64,000 bases of DNA from an uncultured delta proteobacterium (GTDB taxonomy: Bacteria > Desulfobacterota > Binatia > Binatales > Binataceae), in NCBI GenBank assembly GCA_963806485.1, contig CAWDXY010000004.1, forward strand, positions 613,801 to 677,800. Direction: 5' to 3'. The position numbers and the translations under genes were made by a program. Numbering within the stretch: the stretch's first letter is position 1; the number at the start of each line of letters is the position of its first letter. Of the stretch, positions 1-10,061 are shown one piece after another. Below the pieces are notes generated by a model, which was not told the origin of the DNA, made no database searches, and was given only the letters and a program-made list of their open reading frames with translations.

Positions 1-2
1 GC

Positions 3-1220
3 GTCCCGCCCGACGGCGATCGTAGATTGGCAAGCTTCGATCTCGACGCTCGGCGCGGCGCCCGGATGCTCGCTTTGCGACAAAAGATCGACGACGCCAC
101 CCCGCATCGGGCAAAGCCCGACGACGATCGCTTGCTGGATCGTCTCGGTGATAAGTCGGGCGAGCGCCTGCGGGAGGATCTGCAATTCGCCAGATTCGGA
201 ACCGCGCCTACCGCGACCGATCGGGCGCAGGCGCTCGCGCTTCCGATTGCCGCGATTCGAAAATATCTTGAATGTCCTTTGCAAGGCGCGGCGCGCTATT
301 CACTCCGAATGCTGGAGGACGAAGACGCGACCGAGCAGACGGAAGACGAACCGGTCGAGCAGTCGCGCCTTGATCGAACCGTGATGCTGCGCGACGTTTT
401 CTGGCGCGCCGGCAACAAGCCCGAGGGGATCGACGAAGAGTACGCTCGCGAGGTCCGGGTCGCACAGGCCATGGGTCACGCACCCGCCGGGCAATTTGCG
501 CAGGCCGCGGAAGATTTCGACGTCGAGACGCTTCATCAATGGATGGCGCAGGCTTCCAAAGCCGGCGTGGCCAATTTCGGCGAATGGAAAGACATACGGA
601 TCGGACACGCCGACGAATTCGCCAACGCCGCCGAGATAGTTGCCCCGATCGAGCTGAGCGCCAGAGTCCAACGCCACGATGGAACGACAGAGACGCAGCG
701 AGTCAGTATCTACGGCACGATTCGGGGCGCGTCACCGGAGGCAGGCGCGGCGATAAATTGCGTGCTGCACAAGAGCATCAAGGCCAAGGATTTCCTTGCG
801 CCGTTTCTGAATGCAATCGTCCTCGCCGCCACGGGTGCGCGGCTGCCCGAAACATTTCGCGCGATCGTGATCGGAACGCAGTCGGAAAACGTGACCGAAT
901 GGACCCGCATGTTCCGGCCGATGAACCAGGACGCGGCGATCGCTTACCTCACTACTGTCGTCAGCGATCTGCTTTCGGCGGGCAACGACTACTTCCTGCC
1001 GATCGAGGCTGTCGAAGAGGTCGTCAAAGAATTGCGCAAGCCCGAGAACAGTCGCGACCTTATCGAAGCTGTCGAACGCATCCTCTTGAATGATTTCCAC
1101 AAAAGCAGCTCCGAATACGGGCCGGTACGCAACGCCACCAGTTTCGATCCACCTGGCGAAACGGAAATCGAGAAAATAGTCGAACGCCGGTTCAAACCAA
1201 TAATCGGGATGTTCAAGTGA
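3..1220 (+). CDS. recC: Exodeoxyribonuclease V gamma subunit RecC, C-terminal part (5' end outside the window)
   Basis: Frame is open to the window edge. It has the RecC C-terminal inactive nuclease-like region (IRKYLECPLQ; NDYFLP) and overlaps the recB start through GTGA at 1217-1220. Confidence 0.8.
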   Translation, partial: VPPDGDRRLASFDLDARRGARMLALRQKIDDATPHRAKPDDDRLLDRLGDKSGERLREDLQFARFGTAPTATDRAQALALPIAAIRKYLECPLQGAARYSLRMLEDEDATEQTEDEPVEQSRLDRTVMLRDVFWRAGNKPEGIDEEYAREVRVAQAMGHAPAGQFAQAAEDFDVETLHQWMAQASKAGVANFGEWKDIRIGHADEFANAAEIVAPIELSARVQRHDGTTETQRVSIYGTIRGASPEAGAAINCVLHKSIKAKDFLAPFLNAIVLAATGARLPETFRAIVIGTQSENVTEWTRMFRPMNQDAAIAYLTTVVSDLLSAGNDYFLPIEAVEEVVKELRKPENSRDLIEAVERILLNDFHKSSSEYGPVRNATSFDPPGETEIEKIVERRFKPIIGMFK

Positions 1221-4200
1221 GCGCGACCGCACCCATGGCCAACGTCGAATATTATCGGCCGGCGATCCTCGATGAAATTCTCGACGGCGGGCACAAGATC
1301 ATCGACGCCAGCGCCGGCACCGGCAAGACCTTTACGATCGAGCACATCGTCGTCGACCTTCTCCGCGCCGGCGCGGGCCTGCTCGATCAAATCCTGGTCG
1401 TGACGTTTACCGAAAAGGCGACTGCCGAGCTGCGCTCGCGAATTCGTGCGACGATCGACGCAGTTCTGTCCGGGCATAGCGCGGACGGCGCGCGCGGATC
1501 GCAGCGCCGGCGCCTCGATGTTGTCGAGCGGGAAAGACTCACCGCCGCCTTGTTTTCATTTCATAGCGCGCCGATCCACACGATTCACAGTTTTTGCCGG
1601 CGGATGCTTAGCGAGCTCGCTTTTGACAGCGGAGTGCGTTTTGGAATTGATCTCTCGAGCGGCCGTTTCGAGTTCCACGCGGCCTTCCGCGCGGAATTGC
1701 GCGAGCGCTTGAAGTCGGACGGGCACGTCCGGCAGCTGATCGGCAGCTGGCTTTCGGAGGAGCGACGCACTTCAGATAGCCTCGAGGATCTGCTCTGGCG
1801 CGCTCACTCTCAGCGCTACCTGCGCACCGCTGGACGCCGACTCAACCAGCAGGCGTTAACCGACCTGCTGAACTCGTTCGACGCAAAGGCGTTATTGGAT
1901 GCCTACCGGCTCGCGGCGATCACGGATGAAGCTCGCGCGGACGCGATCGCCGCCACTGGCGAGCTCGCGCTGACCGTGGCGCGCGCGGCCGGATCGACCG
2001 CAATTCTGGCGGATAGCTTGTGCGAGTTTGATCTCGATCGCATCTGCGCTCCAAAAGGCGCGCGCCGCATACGATCCGAAACGCGGCCGAGTTTTCCCGA
2101 CGAGTTGTCACAAACCGTCCGCGCGATCGTCGATGCGGGAAAGCGGGTTCAGGCGGCGGTGAGCATCGAGCAACGTGTGGTCGACGAGCTGCTGTTCGCG
2201 ACAGTCAATCGAATGGACGCGCGAAAGCGCGAGCGCGGAACGCTCGATTACGAGGACATGCTCGCATGGCTTGCCGACGCACTCGACGGACCCCGCGGCA
2301 AATCGCTCGCCGCGACCTTGCGCGAGCGTTATCGCGTGATACTGATCGACGAGTTCCAGGATACGGACGAACTTCAGTGGAAAATCTTTCGCCAGGTCTT
2401 CGTCGAAGGCGGCGGTAGCAACGCGATCTACGCGATCGGGGATCCCAAGCAGGCGATTTACGGGTTTCGCGGCGCCGACGTGCACGCTTACCTCGAAGCA
2501 CGCGAGCAGCTCTCCAAATCGGGAGCGACAACCGTTCAATTGCGCGAAAACTTCCGATCGACATCGGAGATGATCGATGCGTGCAACTTACTGCTCGATC
2601 AGACTGCCGAGCCGCCATTGTTCACCGGCGAGATTACCTACAGCCATCCGGTCACATGCGGACGTCCCGCTCTGAGAGCCATCGCAGCGAGTGGCCAGCC
2701 GATCGCACCCGTCAGCCTGATGAAGTTTCAGCCGCGCGACATTCGATACAGGTTTTCGCGACGGATGCGCGAGGCGATAGGCCCGCGAATCGCGCAGGCG
2801 ATACGGCGAATTGTTGCGGACCCAGAGCATGCGATTGAAATTTCCGATGACAGAAAAGCGCGGCGCAGGATTTCAGCCAAAGATGTTTACGTATTGACGC
2901 GGACCAACCGCGACAGCACGGAAATCGCCAAGCATCTGCGGCAGGCCGGCGTGCCGTTCGCCTTTTACAAGCAAGACGGGCTGTTCCAGACGCGCGAAGC
3001 CGCCGACATTCTCGACCTGCTCCGAGGAATCGAAGAACCCGGCCGGCGCTCGAACCGGCTCAAGGCGTGGGCTTCGCGGTTTTTCGCGGTCGAGTACCGC
3101 GACCTCGCGCGGCTTGATGGCGAGCGGAGCTCGCTGCCGATGCTCGAAAGATTGTTCGAGTGGCGCGCACTTGCCGAGGCCGGCCGTTTCGCCGACTTGT
3201 TCGACGCATTGCTACATCAGAGCGGACTGGTCGAGCGTGAACTGTTGTCGGACAACTGCCGCGAACTGACCAACTACGAACACATCTTCGAGATTCTGAC
3301 CCAGCAGGCATCAAGGCACGGAATTTCACTCGCGGAAATAATCGAAATGCTCGATTCGTACATTACGATGCGCGCGATACCGCCGGGTGACGATCCCAAC
3401 GTGCAGCGGTCCGAAGAAGATCGCGATGCCGTGCAAATCATGACGATTCACAAGAGCAAGGGTCTCGAAGCCGACGTCGTCGCACTCTACGGAGGATTCT
3501 TCGCCAGCACTGTCCCTGATCCCGTCAGTATCTATCACCTCGGAAACGAACGACGCCTGGCGATCGGCAAGCCGGCGCGGGACATGGCAAAGAGTGCGAT
3601 CACAAAAGAGAAAGAGGAGGAAGATCAACGACTACTCTATGTCGCGCTCACGCGCGCGCGCGCGCAGCTGATACTCCCCTACGTACCGCCGGACACACTG
3701 AGTCGAGGCCGCGACCTGACGGGTTCGTATGCGCAACTGAACGATCGGCTACGCACACTCGATCGCGAAGCTCGGCTGGGGACGCTGTTCGCGACTGAAA
3801 CCATATTCGTTCCCGCGCTCTCTGATTCGACGGATGAACACGGCGAAGTCGAGACGCCGCTTGACGACGATGCGCTGTGTGATTGGCTCGCATCGACGTC
3901 CCGGGCCGCTGTTGCTGACGACGAATTCGCCGAGCTGCTAGTAGGACATCGCGGCTTGACGATCGAATCTTACACTTCGCTTCAAGCGGCGGAGCCTGAT
4001 GAGTTCAAAAGCAGCGTCGACGCAATTGAAGCGCGTGCGGATAGCGTCGACTTGCCCGGCGGACGCCACGTCGGCATTTTTCTGCACGAGGCGATCGAAA
4101 AGCTCGACTTCAAATCCTTTGGCGATGTACCGGACCTGGAGTCCTGGATGGCGCGGGACGACGTGCGTGAATTGTTCGCAAGCGTCATGCGCCGCCACGG

Positions 4201-4765
4201 CCTGAACGATCCGCGCTGGCTGACGCGCGGGCGCGAGGTGGTTTTCAACGCGCTCACGTCGCCGGTCGCGCTTGGCGAAACGGTCCTCGAGGGCGGACTG
4301 TACCGGCTGCCGGGAGTTCGCGAAATGGAATTTGCGTATCCGATTCCCGAAAAGCATCATCCGATGCTCGGCGACGGCCGCGACGGCGAACGAACTGTCG
4401 GGCGTGGCTACGTAAAGGGATTTATCGACCTGGTATTCCGCCGAGACAAGTTAATGTACTTCGCCGACTGGAAGGGCGATCTGCTGCCGTCGTATGAGCC
4501 TGACGCAGTCGCGCAGCACGTCGAGCAGCACTATCGGTTGCAGGCGCGCATCTACTCACTCGGTGTCGTGCGCCTGCTCGCAATCAACACTGAGCGCGAT
4601 TACGACTCGAGATTTGGCGGACTTCTGTACGTCTTTCTTCGCGGCGTCTCGACGGCTGGCAATGGCAAGTCTGGATTCTATTTCGCGCGGCCATCGTGGA
4701 ATGAAATAGTCACTTACGAATCCGACCTGTTGAATCACGAATCCAACTCCGAGCTCAGCGCGTGA
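1217..4765 (+). CDS. recB: Exodeoxyribonuclease V beta subunit RecB (SF1 helicase plus nuclease)
   Basis: 1182 aa. Walker A ASAGTGKT, motifs VTFTEKAT, LIDEFQDT, IGDPKQAIYGFRGAD, MTIHKSKGLE, RLLYVALTRAR, and C-terminal nuclease GFIDL...DWK. Confidence 0.95.
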   Translation: MSATAPMANVEYYRPAILDEILDGGHKIIDASAGTGKTFTIEHIVVDLLRAGAGLLDQILVVTFTEKATAELRSRIRATIDAVLSGHSADGARGSQRRRLDVVERERLTAALFSFHSAPIHTIHSFCRRMLSELAFDSGVRFGIDLSSGRFEFHAAFRAELRERLKSDGHVRQLIGSWLSEERRTSDSLEDLLWRAHSQRYLRTAGRRLNQQALTDLLNSFDAKALLDAYRLAAITDEARADAIAATGELALTVARAAGSTAILADSLCEFDLDRICAPKGARRIRSETRPSFPDELSQTVRAIVDAGKRVQAAVSIEQRVVDELLFATVNRMDARKRERGTLDYEDMLAWLADALDGPRGKSLAATLRERYRVILIDEFQDTDELQWKIFRQVFVEGGGSNAIYAIGDPKQAIYGFRGADVHAYLEAREQLSKSGATTVQLRENFRSTSEMIDACNLLLDQTAEPPLFTGEITYSHPVTCGRPALRAIAASGQPIAPVSLMKFQPRDIRYRFSRRMREAIGPRIAQAIRRIVADPEHAIEISDDRKARRRISAKDVYVLTRTNRDSTEIAKHLRQAGVPFAFYKQDGLFQTREAADILDLLRGIEEPGRRSNRLKAWASRFFAVEYRDLARLDGERSSLPMLERLFEWRALAEAGRFADLFDALLHQSGLVERELLSDNCRELTNYEHIFEILTQQASRHGISLAEIIEMLDSYITMRAIPPGDDPNVQRSEEDRDAVQIMTIHKSKGLEADVVALYGGFFASTVPDPVSIYHLGNERRLAIGKPARDMAKSAITKEKEEEDQRLLYVALTRARAQLILPYVPPDTLSRGRDLTGSYAQLNDRLRTLDREARLGTLFATETIFVPALSDSTDEHGEVETPLDDDALCDWLASTSRAAVADDEFAELLVGHRGLTIESYTSLQAAEPDEFKSSVDAIEARADSVDLPGGRHVGIFLHEAIEKLDFKSFGDVPDLESWMARDDVRELFASVMRRHGLNDPRWLTRGREVVFNALTSPVALGETVLEGGLYRLPGVREMEFAYPIPEKHHPMLGDGRDGERTVGRGYVKGFIDLVFRRDKLMYFADWKGDLLPSYEPDAVAQHVEQHYRLQARIYSLGVVRLLAINTERDYDSRFGGLLYVFLRGVSTAGNGKSGFYFARPSWNEIVTYESDLLNHESNSELSA

Positions 4766-6819
4766 AAGATAGATACTCACTTCTAGGAATGGATACTGCG
4801 TGGCGACGCTTTGATTCCGCTCGTGGCGGTGGGCGTTCCGCATTCGACGCTCGCATGCGCGCGCTCGAAGTCTCGGTCAGCGGCCTCAACGTGGCGCCTG
4901 AAGCCGTCCATCTGGCGGCCGAGCTTGCGGCCCTGGAGCCGGCTCTGGAAGACGACGAGCGGATAGCGCTCATCGCGCTTATCCTCATCTCGCTCGTCGC
5001 TCTCCAGGAGGGAAGCACGCGCTTTCCGGTAACGGGCCCACTCTCGCAGGCGCCAATGCGTCGCGTGCTGGGTTCGCTATGCGACGCCGGCTCGAACTGG
5101 GAGGACATCGACAAGATAGCCAGTTCGATTGAAGTTCTTTTGCAGTCGGATCGCGCATCGGCGGTAGTAGGTAAGCACGAGGATGAGTACAAACCGTTAC
5201 TATACATTGAGCCATACGTAGTGCATCACAATATCTATCGGTGCGAGCGTGAACTGGCTATTCAACTAGCCGCGTTATTGACTACCGGCATCGCGGAGCA
5301 ACCGGACGCCGCGAGACTTGCTCGCGCGCTAGAGGATGTCGTTGCTCGCCCCGTGATCGTACAAGGCAGGCGAATTGCGATGTCTGACGAACAGCGTGAG
5401 GTCGTCGCTGCTTCGGCGCGCGCGGGGCTGACGGTTGTTTCGGGTGGCCCGGGGACGGGTAAGACTTCGATCATTGTCGCGATCATGCGTCTGATGGTGC
5501 GCCTTGGCGTCGATCCCTCGCAGATCGCCCTGGCGGCCCCGACCGGCAAAGCCGCATATCGTATGGGCGAATGTATCGGCGAGTCCCTTATGCAAATTGA
5601 TCAACGCGACGCCATAGACCAGGCGCTCCTCGACGCGCACCTCGAGCCGGCTACGATTCACCGCCTGCTGGGTTACTCGCCGGAGTCTGGTCGTTTCCGT
5701 CATCATCGGAACAACCCGCTTTCCGCGAAGGTGGTGATCGTCGACGAAAGCTCGATGCTTGATGTGACCTTGATGGAACGGCTGACGAATGCGATTGCGC
5801 CGGGCACGCGATTGATCCTGCTTGGCGATGCGAACCAATTGCCGTCGGTCGCCGCGGGTTCCGTGTTCCGCGATCTCGTCCCGACGCCGGGAGGGGATCG
5901 CAGTCCGCTCACCGAGTCGTTGAGGCGGCTCGAAGTGAATCATCGGATGAAGACCGAAAGCGCGGCCGGGCGATCTATATTGCACGCGGCGCGGTCGATT
6001 AACCGCGGCGACGCCGATCTTCTGAATTCAGTCGACGATTCGAATACTCCGATCGTGACGCGGCGCTCGTCGCCGGGCGAGCTGACATTCGCCGGCGTCG
6101 AATTTATTGCAACCGCATCGCGCAAACTCGGTCCGTTTCTGGATCGCTGGTACACCGATCGAGTGCGTGGCGACAGGGAAATCGCGGAAGTAGTTAGGCA
6201 CGAGTACGTCGAACGCGATGGCCGTTTCGATGACGCCGATTGCCAGCGCATGCGCACGCTGTTCGCGCACGTTGGAAAATCTCGCATCCTGTGCGTGACG
6301 CGCGTCTTCGAGACCGGCGCCGAGCGCATAAACGCGCGCCTTCACTCGCGCGCCGCCGAAGCAGCGAGCGTCGCAGCAGAACGCACCCCATTCGTGGTCG
6401 GCGAGCCGTTAATCGTGCTGCGCAACGACTACGAACGCGGACTTTTCAATGGCGACCATGGAATCAGACTGTGGGTCCGGCGCGGCGAAGGCTCGCAAGT
6501 GCCGATGGCGGTATTTCCGCGCGGCGACAACTTCGTCGCGTTCCGATTCGATGCTCTGCGCGAATTCGTCGAGCTGGGCTACGCGATGACCGTGCACAAG
6601 GCGCAGGGCTCCGAGTTCGATTCGATCGCCATCGTTTTGCCGGAGAAACCGATCGCGGTTTTGACCCGCGAACTCATCTACACCGCCGTCAGCCGCAGCA
6701 GGACGTCGGTCGTGATCGTTGGCGACGAATCGACGCTCAAGCACGCCGTCGCGGCGCGCGTCGAGCGATTCTCCGGGCTCGCCGATCGAATCAAACTGGT
6801 TTTGCTGCTCGCCGGTTAG
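4762..6819 (+). CDS. recD: Exodeoxyribonuclease V alpha subunit RecD
   Basis: GGPGTGKT, AAPTGKAA, TIHRLLG, VDESSM, LLGDANQLPSV, YAMTVHKAQGSEF, YTAVSR. Coupled to recB by a GTGA overlap. Confidence 0.95.
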   Translation: MKDRYSLLGMDTAWRRFDSARGGGRSAFDARMRALEVSVSGLNVAPEAVHLAAELAALEPALEDDERIALIALILISLVALQEGSTRFPVTGPLSQAPMRRVLGSLCDAGSNWEDIDKIASSIEVLLQSDRASAVVGKHEDEYKPLLYIEPYVVHHNIYRCERELAIQLAALLTTGIAEQPDAARLARALEDVVARPVIVQGRRIAMSDEQREVVAASARAGLTVVSGGPGTGKTSIIVAIMRLMVRLGVDPSQIALAAPTGKAAYRMGECIGESLMQIDQRDAIDQALLDAHLEPATIHRLLGYSPESGRFRHHRNNPLSAKVVIVDESSMLDVTLMERLTNAIAPGTRLILLGDANQLPSVAAGSVFRDLVPTPGGDRSPLTESLRRLEVNHRMKTESAAGRSILHAARSINRGDADLLNSVDDSNTPIVTRRSSPGELTFAGVEFIATASRKLGPFLDRWYTDRVRGDREIAEVVRHEYVERDGRFDDADCQRMRTLFAHVGKSRILCVTRVFETGAERINARLHSRAAEAASVAAERTPFVVGEPLIVLRNDYERGLFNGDHGIRLWVRRGEGSQVPMAVFPRGDNFVAFRFDALREFVELGYAMTVHKAQGSEFDSIAIVLPEKPIAVLTRELIYTAVSRSRTSVVIVGDESTLKHAVAARVERFSGLADRIKLVLLLAG

Positions 6820-6824
6820 CTGAC

Positions 6825-7553
6825 TCATTTCTTCGGCGTATGCGCGACCAGGAATTCGCGCACGCGCTTCACGGTGGCGCCGATCACGTCGGGCGTTTTC
6901 CAGTTCTCGACAAGTTGAGCGTTGGGTGCGAGCGCGGCGATGTCCTTCGAGGTTTCCGTCGGATGATAGTCGTCGTTGCCGCAGAGAATCAGCATCGGCG
7001 TTTTGCACGAGCGCACGAACTCGCGCGACACGTTGAACACGAACTCGCCGCCGTACATGCGGTCGCGGAATTGCCGCAGCGCCGCTTCGTTGAGTTGTGG
7101 ACGCGCGGCCTTCAGCGCATTCGCCCATCCGTCAAACATCGCGAAGAACAAGTCGCGATTGCGCGTGCTGAGTCCGATTGGATTTTGGAGAATCGCGGCA
7201 CTGACACGCTGCGGCGCAGCCTTGATGATCCCGAGGCAGTACGAGCCGCCGATGCATCCGCCCATCACGTGGCATTGCGTGATTCCAAGATGATCGAGCA
7301 AGGCAACGTGATCGCCGGTGTAAGTGTCCCATCCATCGTCAGCGGTGATGGGCGCGGTCGACTTGCCGGCGTTGCGCTGGTCCATCGCGATCACGCGGAA
7401 GTTGGCCGCGAGCTCCTTGGTCGGATCGAATGGACTCTTTTCCCAGAACTCGATACTCGAGCGCATCCCGCCGGGCGCGAATAGTAGAATCGGATATCCA
7501 GTGCCGTATTCCTCGAAGTATATCGACACATCGCCGCGCTTGAACGTTGGCAT
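6825..7553 (-). CDS. Alpha/beta hydrolase with a G-G-C-I-G nucleophile elbow
   Basis: Start moved to the ATG at 7553 (MPTFKRGDVSIYFEEYG). Alpha/beta-fold motifs VIAMDQRNAGKS, HVMGGCIGGS and C-terminal DDYH. Confidence 0.8.
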   Translation of the reverse strand: MPTFKRGDVSIYFEEYGTGYPILLFAPGGMRSSIEFWEKSPFDPTKELAANFRVIAMDQRNAGKSTAPITADDGWDTYTGDHVALLDHLGITQCHVMGGCIGGSYCLGIIKAAPQRVSAAILQNPIGLSTRNRDLFFAMFDGWANALKAARPQLNEAALRQFRDRMYGGEFVFNVSREFVRSCKTPMLILCGNDDYHPTETSKDIAALAPNAQLVENWKTPDVIGATVKRVREFLVAHTPKK

Positions 7554-7573
7554 TTTCAGACTCCTTTTGCCGA

Positions 7574-8776
7574 TCACTCTTCGCCGAAGAAACGGCGGCG
7601 CACACTCTCGTCGGCCGGCAAGTCGGGCCCGCCGAATACGTGGTCCGGCATCCGCGAGGGATCCTGCGCCAACAGCGGAAGCGCCCGCGCCCGGCGCGCG
7701 TCGGCCTCGGCACCGCGATCGAGCCACATCTCGCGCATCCAATTTTCGGATTTGTGAATCACTCCATAGTGATAGTCATGACCGTCGGCGTACGCGTGGC
7801 AGGCCGCATCCCAATTGCTATCGGCGAGCAGACAATCGCGCATGACACGCACGTCGCGCATCGTCAGGCTGAGTCCCTGTCCCCAGCTAGGATCGCTCGA
7901 CGCCGCGGCATCACCGATCAGCGCGAGCCCGTCGCGATACGGATGATCCACCCAATGGTCCGCGGTGATAAATGACGCCAAAGGCCCGGCCGGCCTGGCG
8001 CCCGCGTAAAACTCCGCCGGCGCGCCGGTGCGGACCGCTTCGTCGATGAACCGCGAAACCTCGCCGTCACCCTGCAACCGCCACGGCGAGTCCGCCTGAT
8101 AAACCACGTACGCGCGCACGCGTTCGCCGCCCTGCGGAAACAGAAAAGCGATTTGGCCAATGAACGGATTGAAGACCGCGACGCTCGTCTCTTGCGGCGC
8201 CGGCATCGGATCGAACAGCAAGCCCGCAATGTAGAGCCGGTCGAGTTCGCGCTTAACCTCGAAGCCTCCCCACTTGCGCATCGCCGAACTGCGGCCGTCG
8301 GCGCCGACGACGATGCGCGCCGATACCTCGTCGCTCCGTCCCGCCTGCTCGACAATCACACTTGGGCGTACGCCCGGCTTGACGGCGCGAACGCTCGCGC
8401 CGCGACGAACTTCGGCGCCGGCTTGCGCGGCCGCTTCGATCAGCATTTCCTGGAGCGCGGGATGGTAGATGCCGAGCGTCGGACAATTGTGCGCGGTGGT
8501 TGCGATGCAGTCGCGGCGGCCGAGCAGCGTTGGTCCGATGTAGTTGTCGATCGACGGAATCTCGTGTCCCGCCGCGCAAAACATCTCGTAGAGGCCGAGC
8601 TTGCGCGCTTCGGCGAGTCCCCACTGCTCGATATATTCACCGCGCACGCGATCGCGAAACTGCGTCTCGCGCTCGACGACCAGCACGCGCGCGCCCGCCT
8701 CCGCCATCACTTTCGCGAGCACGGAGCCGCCGAGTCCGCCGCCAACGGTTATGATGTCGTACATTGTTTGAGTCAT
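7574..8776 (-). CDS. FAD-dependent monooxygenase/oxidoreductase
   Basis: Rossmann VGGGLGG, DG motif VGADGRSS, and GD motif LIGDAAASSDPSWGQG. Start placed at MTQTMYD. Confidence 0.85.
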   Translation of the reverse strand: MTQTMYDIITVGGGLGGSVLAKVMAEAGARVLVVERETQFRDRVRGEYIEQWGLAEARKLGLYEMFCAAGHEIPSIDNYIGPTLLGRRDCIATTAHNCPTLGIYHPALQEMLIEAAAQAGAEVRRGASVRAVKPGVRPSVIVEQAGRSDEVSARIVVGADGRSSAMRKWGGFEVKRELDRLYIAGLLFDPMPAPQETSVAVFNPFIGQIAFLFPQGGERVRAYVVYQADSPWRLQGDGEVSRFIDEAVRTGAPAEFYAGARPAGPLASFITADHWVDHPYRDGLALIGDAAASSDPSWGQGLSLTMRDVRVMRDCLLADSNWDAACHAYADGHDYHYGVIHKSENWMREMWLDRGAEADARRARALPLLAQDPSRMPDHVFGGPDLPADESVRRRFFGEE

Positions 8777-8875
8777 AAAACTGCGATCTCGCGCCGACGG
8801 CGGATGCGATTGTGGCACGGTCGTTCGTGATCTACCAATATGCTGAAGAGTGAACCAGTCCGAGGAGGAAGTACC

Positions 8876-10039
8876 ATGCTTCGGAGCGATTCCCGTATTC
8901 TAACTACGCATACCGGCAGCCTGCCGCGGCGCGAGACACTCACCACGATGCTCGTGAAGTGCAGTCGCGGTGAAAAGGTCGATCGAGCCGCGATGCTTCG
9001 CGAGATCGAGGAGTCCACGCGGCACGTCGTGCACAAACAACTCGAAGCGGGAATCGACGTCGGCAACAACGGCGAGCAATCGCGCGAGAGCTTCTTCACT
9101 TACGTGCAACATCGGATGACTGGCTTCGGTGGACGAAGCGAGCGGCCCATCATGCGCGATCTTGTCCGCTACCAGAGCTTCCTCAAGCTGCGGGCGCCGA
9201 TGTTTCAGCGCTCGATGGTCGATTTGCTCCACGCGCCGAAGGCGATCGGCGAGGTCGAGTACCTCGGCAGTGCCGCCGTCGATCTCGAATGCGCCGACAC
9301 TCTCCGCATCCTGGACGATCAGCCGCACAAGTTCGCCGAGCCGTTCATGACTGCTCCGTCGCCGGGAATAATAGCATCGGCGATGCTCAATGAGTATTAC
9401 GAAAACTACGAGAAGTATGTAATGGCGGTAGCGAAGGCATTACATACTGAGTATTCGCACATAGTATCGAAAGGATTCGTGCTGCAGGTCGATTGCCCCG
9501 ACCTCGCGATGGAGCGGCATACGTCGTACGCCGACCGCCCGCTCACCGATTTTCTCGAGTACGTCGAGCTGAACATCGCCGCTATGAATCGTGCGCTGCA
9601 CGGAATCGCGCGGGATCGCGTCCGCATGCATGTGTGCTGGGGAAACTACGAAGCGCCGCACGATCTCGACGTCCCGCTCGCCCAGATCCTGCCGCTGCTC
9701 TACCATGCCAACGTCGGCGCGCTGGTGCTGGAAGCCGCCAACCCGCGTCACCAGCACGAGTATCGCTGCTTCAAGGAATTCCCGCTTCCCGATCACATGA
9801 GCCTCATCACCGGCGTCATCGATACCAAGACCAACTACGTCGAACATCACGAGGTTGTCGCCGACCGGCTCGAGCGCGCCGTCAATGCGATCGGCGATGT
9901 GCACCGCGTGATGGCCGGGACCGACTGCGGCTTCGAGACGTCGGCGGGACTCGGCGAAGTCGCTGAAGAGGTTGTGTGGGCAAAGTTACGCGCGATGCGC
10001 GCCGGCGCCGACCTGGCCTCGCACCGCCTCTTTCACTGA
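8876..10039 (+). CDS. Cobalamin-independent methionine synthase II family protein (MetE catalytic domain only)
   Basis: THTGSLPR, Zn ligands MHVCWGNY, E and TDCGF. RBS GAGGAGG before the ATG at 8876. Confidence 0.85.
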   Translation: MLRSDSRILTTHTGSLPRRETLTTMLVKCSRGEKVDRAAMLREIEESTRHVVHKQLEAGIDVGNNGEQSRESFFTYVQHRMTGFGGRSERPIMRDLVRYQSFLKLRAPMFQRSMVDLLHAPKAIGEVEYLGSAAVDLECADTLRILDDQPHKFAEPFMTAPSPGIIASAMLNEYYENYEKYVMAVAKALHTEYSHIVSKGFVLQVDCPDLAMERHTSYADRPLTDFLEYVELNIAAMNRALHGIARDRVRMHVCWGNYEAPHDLDVPLAQILPLLYHANVGALVLEAANPRHQHEYRCFKEFPLPDHMSLITGVIDTKTNYVEHHEVVADRLERAVNAIGDVHRVMAGTDCGFETSAGLGEVAEEVVWAKLRAMRAGADLASHRLFH

Positions 10040-10061
10040 GGTCGGCGGGTTTCTCAGTTTC

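Noticed and set aside
8813-8828. Sigma54 promoter TGGCAC upstream of the MetE-like gene
   Set aside because: The -12 element reads TTCG instead of TTGC, so the invariant GC is missing.
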